64,000 bases of DNA from a virus (lineage: Duplodnaviria; Caudoviricetes). Below, piece by piece: positions 49,380 through 58,175 of this stretch. The translations under genes and the position numbers were made by a program. The stretch is from positions 5,062 through 69,061 of the IMG/VR virus record IMGVR_UViG_3300010965_000258. The stretch is one strand, 5' to 3'. Every line of letters begins with the position of its first letter. Position 1 is the stretch's first letter. The notes beneath the pieces were generated by a model. The model saw only the letters and a list, made by a program, of their open reading frames with translations, was not told the DNA's origin and did not search any database.

Positions 49380-50663
49380 TTATCCAGCTACGACTACTCT
49401 GTATGCTCCAGAAGCTGGGGCGGTAGCAAAATCAACTGTTACTACAGTATTAGATGTATGCTTTACGTCTGCTTCAATTTGTGCATATGGGGATGCAGAT
49501 TCGTATATCTGAACAGTTACATCTTGTGATCCAAGATTATGTGTTATTGTATACGTGGTTGCAGATCCATCTCCTATAGATGTTGAATATTTGCGAACTA
49601 TTGAATGATAGTTTGAGCCATCATTTGTTAATGTCCATTCATTTCCAGACTCATTCCAAATAAGTCCAGTATCTGATTCGTCTCCACGCTCTACTATAAT
49701 TCCAGCATTTGAAGTTGGTGAACCAGTAAAGTTAGTATTAAGCTTTATTGTATTATCTTCAATATTAACTTCTGTTCTATTTATTGCATTAATGGTTCCT
49801 GATACATTTAAATTTCCGCCAACATTTAAATTGTTAGTAATGCTTACATCATCAGGAAGTCCTATTGTTACTGCGGCTGTTTCTGATCCAGATCCAGATA
49901 CTGTAATTTCTCCAGTTGTCCCAGCAATTGTTGCAACATAGTTACCAGTTGTATCTGCGCCCAAAGCGACAGAATTTGGCTCTATTGTAGTTGTAATTGT
50001 TACATCGCCAAGGTTTGTCATTGTTGCAGAACCAGTTACATCACCTGAAAGAGTAATTACTGGGTCTTTATTAAGAGATACAGCACCTGCGGTTACTGTA
50101 AAATCTGTTGAGCTAAATGAGGCAACACCCTTATTGGTATATGTTGCATCTTCTGCTGATACTGTAATTGTATTATTTGTTACAGCTACATCAATTCCTT
50201 CTCCACCAGCAACTGTTAATGTATCAGTCAGTAGGTCTACTGTGTCTGTTCCAGTATCCCCAGCTATTGAAAGATTTGTAGCAACATTTGCTTCACCTGC
50301 TGCAGTTAAACGACCTTGCTGATCTACTGTAAATGTTGGAATCTTTGTTGTTGAGCCATATGATCCTGCTGTAACGGCTGTATCGTTTAGCTTTAATGTT
50401 GTTGTTCCTGCCGTGTCGTTGTATGTTGAGGTTAACGCTGTACCTGCAAGTACCGCTGAACCAATTACATCTTGAATTACCTCTGTTGAACCAGATGTGG
50501 GTGTCCAGTCTGTTCCATTGTAGAAATAAAGGACATTTGTGCCAGTGTCAAAATAAATTTGACCCGATACTGGACTTGATGGTGCTGCTCCTAAGTTTTG
50601 AATCCTGGCATTGAGCAACTCATTTTTATTGAGGTCAACGCTAACTAAAAATTTTCTTGCCAT
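49380..50663 (-). CDS. fibre-cluster structural protein
   Basis: GQIYFDT...FYNGTDW; GSYGSTTKIPTFTVDQQGRLTAA; IEDNTIKLN...AGIIVERG; C-terminal HNLG domain. Confidence 0.75.
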   Translation of the reverse strand: MARKFLVSVDLNKNELLNARIQNLGAAPSSPVSGQIYFDTGTNVLYFYNGTDWTPTSGSTEVIQDVIGSAVLAGTALTSTYNDTAGTTTLKLNDTAVTAGSYGSTTKIPTFTVDQQGRLTAAGEANVATNLSIAGDTGTDTVDLLTDTLTVAGGEGIDVAVTNNTITVSAEDATYTNKGVASFSSTDFTVTAGAVSLNKDPVITLSGDVTGSATMTNLGDVTITTTIEPNSVALGADTTGNYVATIAGTTGEITVSGSGSETAAVTIGLPDDVSITNNLNVGGNLNVSGTINAINRTEVNIEDNTIKLNTNFTGSPTSNAGIIVERGDESDTGLIWNESGNEWTLTNDGSNYHSIVRKYSTSIGDGSATTYTITHNLGSQDVTVQIYESASPYAQIEADVKHTSNTVVTVDFATAPASGAYRVVVAG

Positions 50664-50678
50664 TTTCTATCTCCCTTT

Positions 50679-51134
50679 TTATGACAGGTACGCTGTCCCT
50701 GAAAATGGCTGTGCCATTGTCAGTGTTATTTGATTTATACTGTTATAGTCTATTCCAGTTTCTAGAATATCCCCTGCACTTGATTTGACTGTTACGTTAG
50801 GATAAAATCCTAAATTATGATATATATCTACTGAATATATGTTGTTTGTAGGACCCTGAATCATCTGTAATGACCATGAAAAATCAAGAGCATCTGTTGC
50901 TAGTTTAATTCTAACTACGTCAGTCCAATTCGAATCAACAATTTTTGGACCATAAAAATAATAAGTAGATGTGTCATAATAAAAATCCCCAATGCGGCCA
51001 AGATTTGATGCTGGGGCTCCAACTCCATTCAGAATTGTTTTTCCAGCAGGTCCTTGTGGGCCTGGGGTAGATACGACAGCCTTGTTTACATTTTCAGTTA
51101 CTATTATTGTTTCTTGTGATTCATATATTGGCAT
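50679..51134 (-). CDS. structural protein with single collagen-like GPQGPAG and HNLG domain
   Basis: PGPQGPAGKTILNGVGAP...GDFYYDT; IYHNLGFYPNVTV. Confidence 0.7.
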   Translation of the reverse strand: MPIYESQETIIVTENVNKAVVSTPGPQGPAGKTILNGVGAPASNLGRIGDFYYDTSTYYFYGPKIVDSNWTDVVRIKLATDALDFSWSLQMIQGPTNNIYSVDIYHNLGFYPNVTVKSSAGDILETGIDYNSINQITLTMAQPFSGTAYLS

Positions 51135-51481
51135 TATATAGTTACCGATCTATTGAGAGTCATAAAACCTTCAAGGAGTTTTATTTTATTCGCATTAGAA
51201 TCGATAACCATAATGTCATAAGATGACTTTGGATAAAAAAGTTTGTTTGTTTGTGTGGGGGTTAGCTTAATTGTTAATTTACCATTTGGAGCATCAAGAA
51301 CAATGCCCCCAGATGGTGAAGTTAATGTAACAGCTAATTTTGCTCCGCCTTTTGTATCACGAACCTGCATTTTTGCGGATGCACCAGTAAGATCAATTGC
51401 ATTTCCATTATTATCTTTATATTCTACTATAAAGCTAAATGTAGCGTTTTGATCTACTTCAAAGTTTTTTTGTCCTGCCAT
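51134..51481 (-). CDS. BppU-N/Ig-like adaptor protein
   Basis: DQNATF...AIDLTGASAKMQVR...YDIMV...LLEG pattern typical of fibre-anchoring domains. Confidence 0.7.
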   Translation of the reverse strand: MAGQKNFEVDQNATFSFIVEYKDNNGNAIDLTGASAKMQVRDTKGGAKLAVTLTSPSGGIVLDAPNGKLTIKLTPTQTNKLFYPKSSYDIMVIDSNANKIKLLEGFMTLNRSVTI

Positions 51482-51503
51482 TTGCCATAGTCTCCTAAAT
51501 AGG

Positions 51504-51537
51504 AATACTCCTGTACTAATTTTAGCACAGGAGTATT
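51504..51537 (-). promoter_or_regulatory. 11-bp inverted repeat enclosing extended -10 (TGCTAAAAT)
   Basis: AATACTCCTGT / ACAGGAGTATT; could be a terminator for the holin and/or an operator for the fibre operon. Confidence 0.55.
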
Positions 51538-51553
51538 TCTAATTGACTATTTG

Positions 51554-51793
51554 TTAAGCTTTATTTTGAAACCCAAAGCTCTTGTCATTAGGGTTTAATG
51601 CTTTGAGGATAACGGGTGCAACTGCTGCAACTCCGCCGAGCAATAAATCTCTAGGATTTGTATTGCCTGTCATATATAGGGCTAGTGCTGCTGAAAGAAA
51701 AGCTCTTCCGTAACTTGCTAGCGCTGCTAGAATTTGTTCTTGCATGGTTACCTTTCCATCTTTGTTTAAATCCGCTTTATCGAATTTAGCCAT
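51554..51793 (-). CDS. holin-like membrane protein with N-terminal EF-hand loop
   Basis: Two hydrophobic segments and a LNPNDKSFG tail like actinophage holins; DLNKDGKVTMQE; GGAG RBS 8 nt upstream. Confidence 0.65.
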   Translation of the reverse strand: MAKFDKADLNKDGKVTMQEQILAALASYGRAFLSAALALYMTGNTNPRDLLLGGVAAVAPVILKALNPNDKSFGFQNKA

Positions 51794-51859
51794 TTTATCA
51801 TCTCCATTTTGGGCGTAGTGCCCAGAATTTTGGGTTTCCCCAATCCTATTATTCTACCA

Positions 51860-53794
51860 CTATGCTGAAATATCTACAAGCTCACAGTTTCCATCTGAGC
51901 TGCAGGCAAGCGTAGCATTGGTAGATGTTCCGTCTTCTGTCTCATAAAAAGATAAATCTTCCCAGCGAATATTCTTGGGCATTTTAGAAACAAGAGCATC
52001 ATGATCTTCTTTTGTTACTTCTTGGTATGGGGCTTGCTTGTAAGAGTGATCCGAATGAGGTAGGAATGAAATTCCAGAGACCTCATCAAAATGCTTATAT
52101 ACCCAAGCGCCAACTTCCATCCATTCATCTTCTTTTACGGACACTGTGATAGATGGCTTGTGCTCGCACCACGCACGTTGGTAAACCAACCAAATGTTTA
52201 GGTGTTCAATAGCCGTTAAGTCATTTCTAACAATTGCGCCCTCTGGTGCTTTTACTGGAAATGAGAATACATATGTATCGTTTGGCTTCATAACATCATC
52301 TTCTACTGGAATCCCGACTTCCTTCAAAAACGTAGAGATTGGATCTCCTTTTGAACCACGAACCGTACGAATGTAATATGGAGAATGCCAAGCATGCATT
52401 CCTGAAGATACCCCGACCAATTGAGACACTGTTCCTGACGGCTTTACACACGTAATAGCTGCAGACTCTGGAATCCCAATTTTCCCAGCCTCATCTTTAT
52501 TTACTTCTCTTGCTTTTTCTCTAAGTGTCATTAAAAATGCTTCTAAAGAAACTAAATCTTCTTTGCCTGACATAAACTTATTGCCAAATTGCCCAGTCAA
52601 TGAAACGCCAAGAAGTCGCTCTTCCTCCGTATTATCTTTCCAGATTTTACGAAGATACTTAAAGTCAGTTAAAGTAGATTGCCAAGTTCCAAGAATGGTT
52701 GCAAGTTCTACTTTGCGTTGAATATCTTTTTTTGTATCTTTTTCACGTAGTACGACTTCTGAAAGGTTACAAAACTGGTAAGGACGTAAAATAATTTCTG
52801 AACATGGGTTAGTTCCGTAATGTATATCTGGACTTCTTCTTCCATGCTTTGCTGCTTGGGCTTGGGCTGCGGCCACATTGTATATGCCTCGCTCTCCTGA
52901 CTTTGAGTCATAAAGAGATTTCCATTCTGCAATAAATTGCTCCATATCTGGCTTGCGTGAATACGCAACAGAGTTATTAGACAAAGCACGTTGTGGGCTT
53001 GCTTCCCACCAATTGCCTGATTTAGCCTGAGCCATTTCAATATCATTAATGTTTGAAAGAGAAATCATCGCTGATCTACGAACTCCACCAACAACAACAA
53101 CTTCACCAATTTTGCACATAATGTCATGGCATTCAATTGGCTTAAGGTTTCTTCCTGTGGCATTTTTAAACTTTGCAATTGTAAAATCAAATAAGTTTAC
53201 AAGTGGTTGAGGGCCAGATGATCTTCCGCCCATTGTTTTGAGTCTTGCGCCTGCTGGTCTAACTTTTGAAACATCAATTGCTGGGATTTGTCCTGACCAG
53301 AGTAGTGCTAGTAATTCACGGTATGCTTTTGCCCAGCCTTGCTTTGAATCTTCTACTGTAATTACCGTAGTCGATTTTTCTAATGACTCTGGGACGGCAG
53401 GAAGCTTATTTATGTATTTATACTCAACAGAGAATCCTACACCTGTTCCACACATAAGAATATACATTGTTTCATCAAATGAACGTGGTGAATCAACTGG
53501 GAGGAAAGCACAATTGTATCCTGCTACATTATCTCTGCTTAAAGCTGCCCCTGCAGTCATAACGGAGCGCATTGAGGGCATTACATTTCTTTTAAATACA
53601 CCGTCTTTTAATTCCGCAACAAGCTTTTCATCTGGAATATAATTATAATTATCTTTTAAGCTGGTTAACATAAATGAAAAGTATCTATCTACTGTTTCTC
53701 CCCATGTTTCTCGTCTACCTTCTGCTTCCACCCATTTTGCATATCTAGATAAAGCAATAAAGTTTTCATAAGGATTTTCAATAGTTCTTGACAT
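51860..53794 (-). CDS. nrdJ: class II (adenosylcobalamin-dependent) ribonucleotide reductase, monomeric type
   Basis: YNCAF, TNPCSEI, TCVKPSGTVS and HKPSITV motifs; no beta subunit or activase gene adjacent. Confidence 0.92.
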   Translation of the reverse strand: MSRTIENPYENFIALSRYAKWVEAEGRRETWGETVDRYFSFMLTSLKDNYNYIPDEKLVAELKDGVFKRNVMPSMRSVMTAGAALSRDNVAGYNCAFLPVDSPRSFDETMYILMCGTGVGFSVEYKYINKLPAVPESLEKSTTVITVEDSKQGWAKAYRELLALLWSGQIPAIDVSKVRPAGARLKTMGGRSSGPQPLVNLFDFTIAKFKNATGRNLKPIECHDIMCKIGEVVVVGGVRRSAMISLSNINDIEMAQAKSGNWWEASPQRALSNNSVAYSRKPDMEQFIAEWKSLYDSKSGERGIYNVAAAQAQAAKHGRRSPDIHYGTNPCSEIILRPYQFCNLSEVVLREKDTKKDIQRKVELATILGTWQSTLTDFKYLRKIWKDNTEEERLLGVSLTGQFGNKFMSGKEDLVSLEAFLMTLREKAREVNKDEAGKIGIPESAAITCVKPSGTVSQLVGVSSGMHAWHSPYYIRTVRGSKGDPISTFLKEVGIPVEDDVMKPNDTYVFSFPVKAPEGAIVRNDLTAIEHLNIWLVYQRAWCEHKPSITVSVKEDEWMEVGAWVYKHFDEVSGISFLPHSDHSYKQAPYQEVTKEDHDALVSKMPKNIRWEDLSFYETEDGTSTNATLACSSDGNCELVDISA

Positions 53795-53878
53795 TTTAAA
53801 TACGACCTTTTCTCCGCCTTGCGGTGCTAATTTTAGTTGAAGTCCTAGTGTATCAAACTTTTATTTAATGGTCTATAG

Positions 53879-54868
53879 CTATTCAAATTTTTTAAAAATA
53901 TGATCAAAAGCATTATTGGTTAACTGCAACCAGTTATACTCTTGATGAATTTTAGTTGACTGGGCATAGTAATATCCTGCATATGCATTAAAGTCTATTG
54001 CAACATCTCTCATTAATTCAATTAAATGTTGTCTGTCTGGCTCAAAAACTAATCCAGGCAAATTTAAAAACTGAGATTTAGTAAGACTTGATTTTAATCT
54101 TAGTGGTCCTAAAAATTTAGAATACTGAGCCCAACCATTAGTACAAATTGTTGGCATTCCAGTAGCCATTGCTTGAAGAGGAATAAATCCAAAACCCTCT
54201 CCATAGCTTGGATAAACAAGAACATCATGGTCATGATAAAGCTTTACAAGATCTTCTTCAGACATTTCATCTGTTATTATTTTTATGTTTTTATAAATTT
54301 GATCTGGTAATCCTACTATTGATTTATCGATATAGTTGTCATGAACCCTTGTTGTGTTATTTTTATGTGCTTTAATTGTTAAGGAATAATTTGGATTATT
54401 TCCATACAAGGAAATGAATACATCTACAACCATCTGTCCAGCTTTTCTTGGTGCAGGCTCTCCTACGTGTAAAAATTTTAGAACGTCTCCTTGTTTTCTA
54501 CGTCTTGGTTCCCATATTTTATCTATACCGTGAGGAAAAACTTTAATTGGTTTTTTAATACCTGCGTTTTCATAAACTTCAGCATTCCAATCAGATGTTG
54601 CCCAGTATTCATCAACCAAGTTCATGTGAGGCTTCCATGTTTCTGGTATTACAGTTGATTCCCAGGGAGTGTAACCAATTTGATATTGATTTTTATGCAT
54701 TTTAAATTGAAATGGTTGACAAAAATTTATTTGTACTGGTGGCTGAGGTGATCCGTAATAAACCTTATGTCCAAGTGCATTTAAGCTTTCTATGATATTA
54801 GAAGACGCATAACCATATCCTGTTGCTCTAGTTAAATTAACATTAGGCGTAAAAAATGATAAATTCAT
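53879..54868 (-). CDS. glycosyltransferase, GT-B fold (GT4-like)
   Basis: RKAG...DVLVYPSYGEGFGFIPLQAMATG; start moved to MNLSFF. Confidence 0.88.
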   Translation of the reverse strand: MNLSFFTPNVNLTRATGYGYASSNIIESLNALGHKVYYGSPQPPVQINFCQPFQFKMHKNQYQIGYTPWESTVIPETWKPHMNLVDEYWATSDWNAEVYENAGIKKPIKVFPHGIDKIWEPRRRKQGDVLKFLHVGEPAPRKAGQMVVDVFISLYGNNPNYSLTIKAHKNNTTRVHDNYIDKSIVGLPDQIYKNIKIITDEMSEEDLVKLYHDHDVLVYPSYGEGFGFIPLQAMATGMPTICTNGWAQYSKFLGPLRLKSSLTKSQFLNLPGLVFEPDRQHLIELMRDVAIDFNAYAGYYYAQSTKIHQEYNWLQLTNNAFDHIFKKFE

Positions 54869-54893
54869 GACTTTCTTTCTAGTCAACTGACTT

Positions 54894-54923
54894 GACAGTG
54901 GTTTATAATCAATGTTATGATTA
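54894..54923 (+). promoter_or_regulatory. sigma70/HrdB-type promoter TTGACA-N18-TATGAT
   Basis: Lies upstream of the SLT gene and its GAGGAGG RBS, divergent from the GT4 gene. Confidence 0.55.
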
Positions 54924-54954
54924 TAGTTCGTTATCTCTAGAGGAGGAAATGCCA

Positions 54955-55506
54955 ATGGAGAATATAAAACAGCAGTTTAGCAATTTAGTTCAAGAATGGA
55001 CTGTAATCATAATGGTAACATTATTTTTATTTCCTGTACAGCCAGCTAATGCGTTACCTGCAAAAACTTTGGTGAAAACTGAAGCCCAATTAAAGCAAGA
55101 AGTTTTAGATAGTTTTAGTAAAGAAATTTACAAACATTCTGAAATGCTTACAGACGAAAAGTTAAAACTATTACTTGAGACTGTAGGATTCGAAGGAGTG
55201 GGCCTTAAAAAAGCCTGGTCCATAGCAAAGCGTGAATCCAATGGAAGACCGCTTGCATATAACGGGAACAAGAATACAGGAGACAGCTCTTACGGTCTGT
55301 TTCAGATAAATATGATTGGGGATCTCGGTCCAACAAGACTTGAGAAATTTAATCTACAGAGTAACAAAGAGTTATTCGACCCAGTAACAAACGCAGAGAT
55401 AACGTACTATATGACCGATGGCGGCACGGATTGGTCGGCTTGGAAGGGTATGACCCCAAGGGCTAAGGAATGGCTTATGCAATTCCCTAACGATGTAAAG
55501 AAATAA
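54955..55506 (+). CDS. secreted lytic transglycosylase/lysozyme-like (SLT-type) protein
   Basis: Signal peptide (…ANA); AWSIAKRESNG...SYGLFQINM...LFDP..NA...WSAW. Confidence 0.85.
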   Translation: MENIKQQFSNLVQEWTVIIMVTLFLFPVQPANALPAKTLVKTEAQLKQEVLDSFSKEIYKHSEMLTDEKLKLLLETVGFEGVGLKKAWSIAKRESNGRPLAYNGNKNTGDSSYGLFQINMIGDLGPTRLEKFNLQSNKELFDPVTNAEITYYMTDGGTDWSAWKGMTPRAKEWLMQFPNDVKK

Positions 55507-55512
55507 GGGGTT

Positions 55513-55746
55513 ATGCAAAAGATACAATACGTATCCAAGTATATATCATTATCAGAAGAGGGCCTTGTTCCTAGACTTGAATGTCCTATGGATCAGGGCT
55601 TTCTTCTGCCCAATCAAACGCAGGATGATATAATTTTCTTATACTGTATTTCTTGTGATTACACAAATTATATTGGTGCAACGTTTTATCAGGACCTAGT
55701 AGAAAAAGTAAACAAAAATGAATCCGAGCCAAATTCTATCTTTTAA
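55513..55746 (+). CDS. small zinc-ribbon protein
   Basis: CPMD...CISC. Confidence 0.7.
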   Translation: MQKIQYVSKYISLSEEGLVPRLECPMDQGFLLPNQTQDDIIFLYCISCDYTNYIGATFYQDLVEKVNKNESEPNSIF

Positions 55747-56821
55747 TAAAGTTAATGATGTGACGCATATTGCTAAAATAAAAATGCCATACTTTACAAA
55801 AAATAATTCACATATAAATGCTAATGATAAATGGCTATTCACTAAAATTCTTTTAGATGAAATTCCTAAAGATATTTCTAACAATATTCATTTTGAAGGC
55901 AATGTTTTATTTTTGCCTTTGGGTGGAAGATATTATCATGACTTTGTAGAAATATTTCCACAGATTTTAACATTAAAAAAAATCAACGAAGATTTTAAAG
56001 TTGTATTTTTTTGCATTAGTGATGAAGCAGCTGTGACTGATTCCGAATACGCTCCTCCACATTTTACAAAAATTATTGATGGTATTTATGACTCTATGCA
56101 CAAAGACTATAAAGGCATGACTTTTAAATATATGAAAGATATTTTAGATAGTTTTGAAATAAAATTTCAATGCTTAGTTTGGGAAGAAGGGATGACTTTT
56201 TCTTCTGATGCGTCCTACATGTTTTATTATGATAGGGATAGCTTTGGGGCCGAAGGCATTAACCCAGCAATTGAGACTATATTTCAAAATGAAAAAATAT
56301 CAAAAGAATATATATATCATTCTTATTTAGTTACTGGTTTATCTAACTTGCAAACATTTTATTCCTATAAAGCAATATTAGAAATGTTTCCTAAAAATAA
56401 AACAATAAAAAATAAAAAAATATTTATTGGAAGAAAGCAGCATATTTTTATAGATAGGCTTATAGGAAATTATAATGAGCTTGAAGCGTTTTTTAATTCT
56501 TTGGGATATGAGACTATTTATCTTGAAGACTACGACCTTTTTGATCAAATAAAAATTTGTCAAGAAGCTGACTTTATTTGTTCTCTTGCTGGTAGTAGTT
56601 TTATTAATTCATTAATGGCAAATAAAAATACAAAATTATTAAAAATACATACTGGGGATAAAATTAATTTTACTACGTACACATATGTGGCAGCTAAATT
56701 AGAATTAGACATGAAAGAAGTTTATTGTGAACCAGATGGTATAGAAATTATTAATTATTTAAAAAACGATAATAGCGAATTTATAAAAATATTTTTAAGA
56801 GAGGAAAATTATGGAAAATAA
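55718..56821 (+). CDS. glycosyltransferase family 61 (DUF563)-like
   Basis: YYHDFVEIFPQI; IFIGR...RLIGNYNEL...DQIKICQEAD...AGSSFINSL. Confidence 0.75.
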   Translation: MNPSQILSFNKVNDVTHIAKIKMPYFTKNNSHINANDKWLFTKILLDEIPKDISNNIHFEGNVLFLPLGGRYYHDFVEIFPQILTLKKINEDFKVVFFCISDEAAVTDSEYAPPHFTKIIDGIYDSMHKDYKGMTFKYMKDILDSFEIKFQCLVWEEGMTFSSDASYMFYYDRDSFGAEGINPAIETIFQNEKISKEYIYHSYLVTGLSNLQTFYSYKAILEMFPKNKTIKNKKIFIGRKQHIFIDRLIGNYNELEAFFNSLGYETIYLEDYDLFDQIKICQEADFICSLAGSSFINSLMANKNTKLLKIHTGDKINFTTYTYVAAKLELDMKEVYCEPDGIEIINYLKNDNSEFIKIFLREENYGK

Positions 56822-57023
56822 AGAATCTTCAAATTTAGAAGATAATTTGCCTATGGTAAATTATATAATGCTGCATAGAATTTATGATATCTTGACCCTT
56901 TTGGCTGACAAGGTTGTAGGTGGTGAAGAAATAAGTAAAATGGTAGAATATCATAAAGAAGGCTATCTACTAGGACCCGCTCCAGCATTCAGTGTGGCGG
57001 AAAATAATCAGGAGGAAATATAA
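56811..57023 (+). CDS. hypothetical protein
   Basis: 70 aa with GAGG RBS. Confidence 0.7.
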   Translation: MENKESSNLEDNLPMVNYIMLHRIYDILTLLADKVVGGEEISKMVEYHKEGYLLGPAPAFSVAENNQEEI

Positions 57024-57024
57024 G

Positions 57025-57213
57025 ATGGATAAAGAAAAAGTTGTACATGCAATGTTAGAAAAAGTTCAAAATGATACTAGATCAGCATGTGTTCAAAGCG
57101 GAATGGATCTAATGGAAATTGAACAAACAATTATAAAGAATCAGCAAGGTTTACTTTGGACTCTTTCAAACCTTTATGACTTTATTGTTGAAAAAGATTT
57201 ATTTAAAAATTAA
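57025..57213 (+). CDS. hypothetical protein
   Basis: Start at MDKEK (AGGAGG RBS). Confidence 0.7.
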   Translation: MDKEKVVHAMLEKVQNDTRSACVQSGMDLMEIEQTIIKNQQGLLWTLSNLYDFIVEKDLFKN

Positions 57214-57217
57214 TCTA

Positions 57218-57246
57218 TTGACTTATTCTTATAGTTAATATACAAT
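57218..57246 (+). promoter_or_regulatory. consensus promoter TTGACT-N17-TACAAT
   Basis: Exact 17-bp spacer. Confidence 0.75.
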
Positions 57247-57252
57247 AATATT

Positions 57253-57327
57253 AAGGTTGAGTTAACACTCCCTTATGTGCTTATGCACAACAAAACCCAA
57301 TCGGATCCGCCTCTGATTGGGTTTTGT
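57253..57327 (+). ncRNA. putative ~75-nt three-hairpin small RNA
   Basis: Between the promoter and a 13-bp perfect terminator-like stem; hairpins AAGG..GAGT/ACTC..CCTT and TGTGC/GCACA. Confidence 0.5.
57290..57327 (+). terminator. intrinsic terminator-like hairpin
   Basis: ACAAAACCCAATC / GATTGGGTTTTGT. Confidence 0.7.
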
Positions 57328-57351
57328 CATTATCGGGTGTATAATATATAT

Positions 57352-57507
57352 ATGAGCCCAAGACATTTTTCAAAGGTAATGCACAGCCCTTATTTTCAAT
57401 CTGATCATTATAAGGAAGAATCTCCTGGCGGCATTTTAGAAACAAGAATTGAAAACTTTTTTAAAAAAATTTTTAAAAAGGAAAAACTAGAAAAGAAAAA
57501 ACAGTGA
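57352..57507 (+). CDS. small basic-tailed protein (leaderless)
   Basis: TATAAT-N6-ATG; MSPRHFSK...KKEKLEKKKQ. Confidence 0.6.
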   Translation: MSPRHFSKVMHSPYFQSDHYKEESPGGILETRIENFFKKIFKKEKLEKKKQ

Positions 57508-58175
57508 ATTCTCTTGTAAAAACTTTTGGATCTATAAACATAATTGAAGACTATATATCAAAAGATACATGTGATTTTTTAATTAATATTTACAACGACT
57601 CATTTACAGAAACTCCAAATAAAGGAATTTTAGGCGGACCATCTCAAGGTCTTGATTATGCTTGGACGGTTGGCCCAGGTTCACCATTTCCCCCATACTC
57701 AGCAAATAAAAATAAAAACATTGCCTCAGATCTGATAACCAATATAACAAACAGCATGGGTAGATCAATTTCTAACTTTTATTCTGAATCCGTAGACCTA
57801 AGAACAATATTTTTGAGTAAAATGATTACTGGTGCAAAGTTACAAGAGCATTATGATAACTATGAGCCTGGCGGAAAAGAATTTTATGCACATGGAACAG
57901 ATGCAGAAACAATTGATAAAATTGGATTTGAGTCAGACTGGTCAGCTCTTCTATATTTAAATGATGAATATCAAGGCGGAGAAATAGAGTTTCCGCAATA
58001 TGATTTAAAGTTAAAGCCCAAGCCAGGAACTTTTGTATTCTTTAAAGGAGATATGGACGCCTTACATTTTGTAAATGAAGTTACTGGCGGAAATAGAATT
58101 AATCTAATTACATTTTACTGGCGTACAGAATACATAAAACAATATTTTGAAACATTAGCCTCTAAGGGCATCTAA
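57504..58175 (+). CDS. 2OG-Fe(II) oxygenase, prolyl-4-hydroxylase-like (seventh copy)
   Basis: HYD...YLNDEYQGGE...LHFVNEVTGGNR; GTG start overlapping the upstream TGA. Confidence 0.88.
   Translation: MNSLVKTFGSINIIEDYISKDTCDFLINIYNDSFTETPNKGILGGPSQGLDYAWTVGPGSPFPPYSANKNKNIASDLITNITNSMGRSISNFYSESVDLRTIFLSKMITGAKLQEHYDNYEPGGKEFYAHGTDAETIDKIGFESDWSALLYLNDEYQGGEIEFPQYDLKLKPKPGTFVFFKGDMDALHFVNEVTGGNRINLITFYWRTEYIKQYFETLASKGI

Noticed and set aside
50679-51134. Collagen as the substrate of the prolyl hydroxylases
   Set aside because: Only about three Gly-X-Y triplets exist (GPQGPAG); no real collagen domain occurs in the window.
51860-53794. Intein or intron in the RNR
   Set aside because: 644 aa continuous ORF with normally spaced motifs and no Hint blocks.
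53795-53878. Cobalamin riboswitch or NrdR box upstream of nrdJ
   Set aside because: The intergenic space is only ~85 bp with one small hairpin, and no recognisable consensus.
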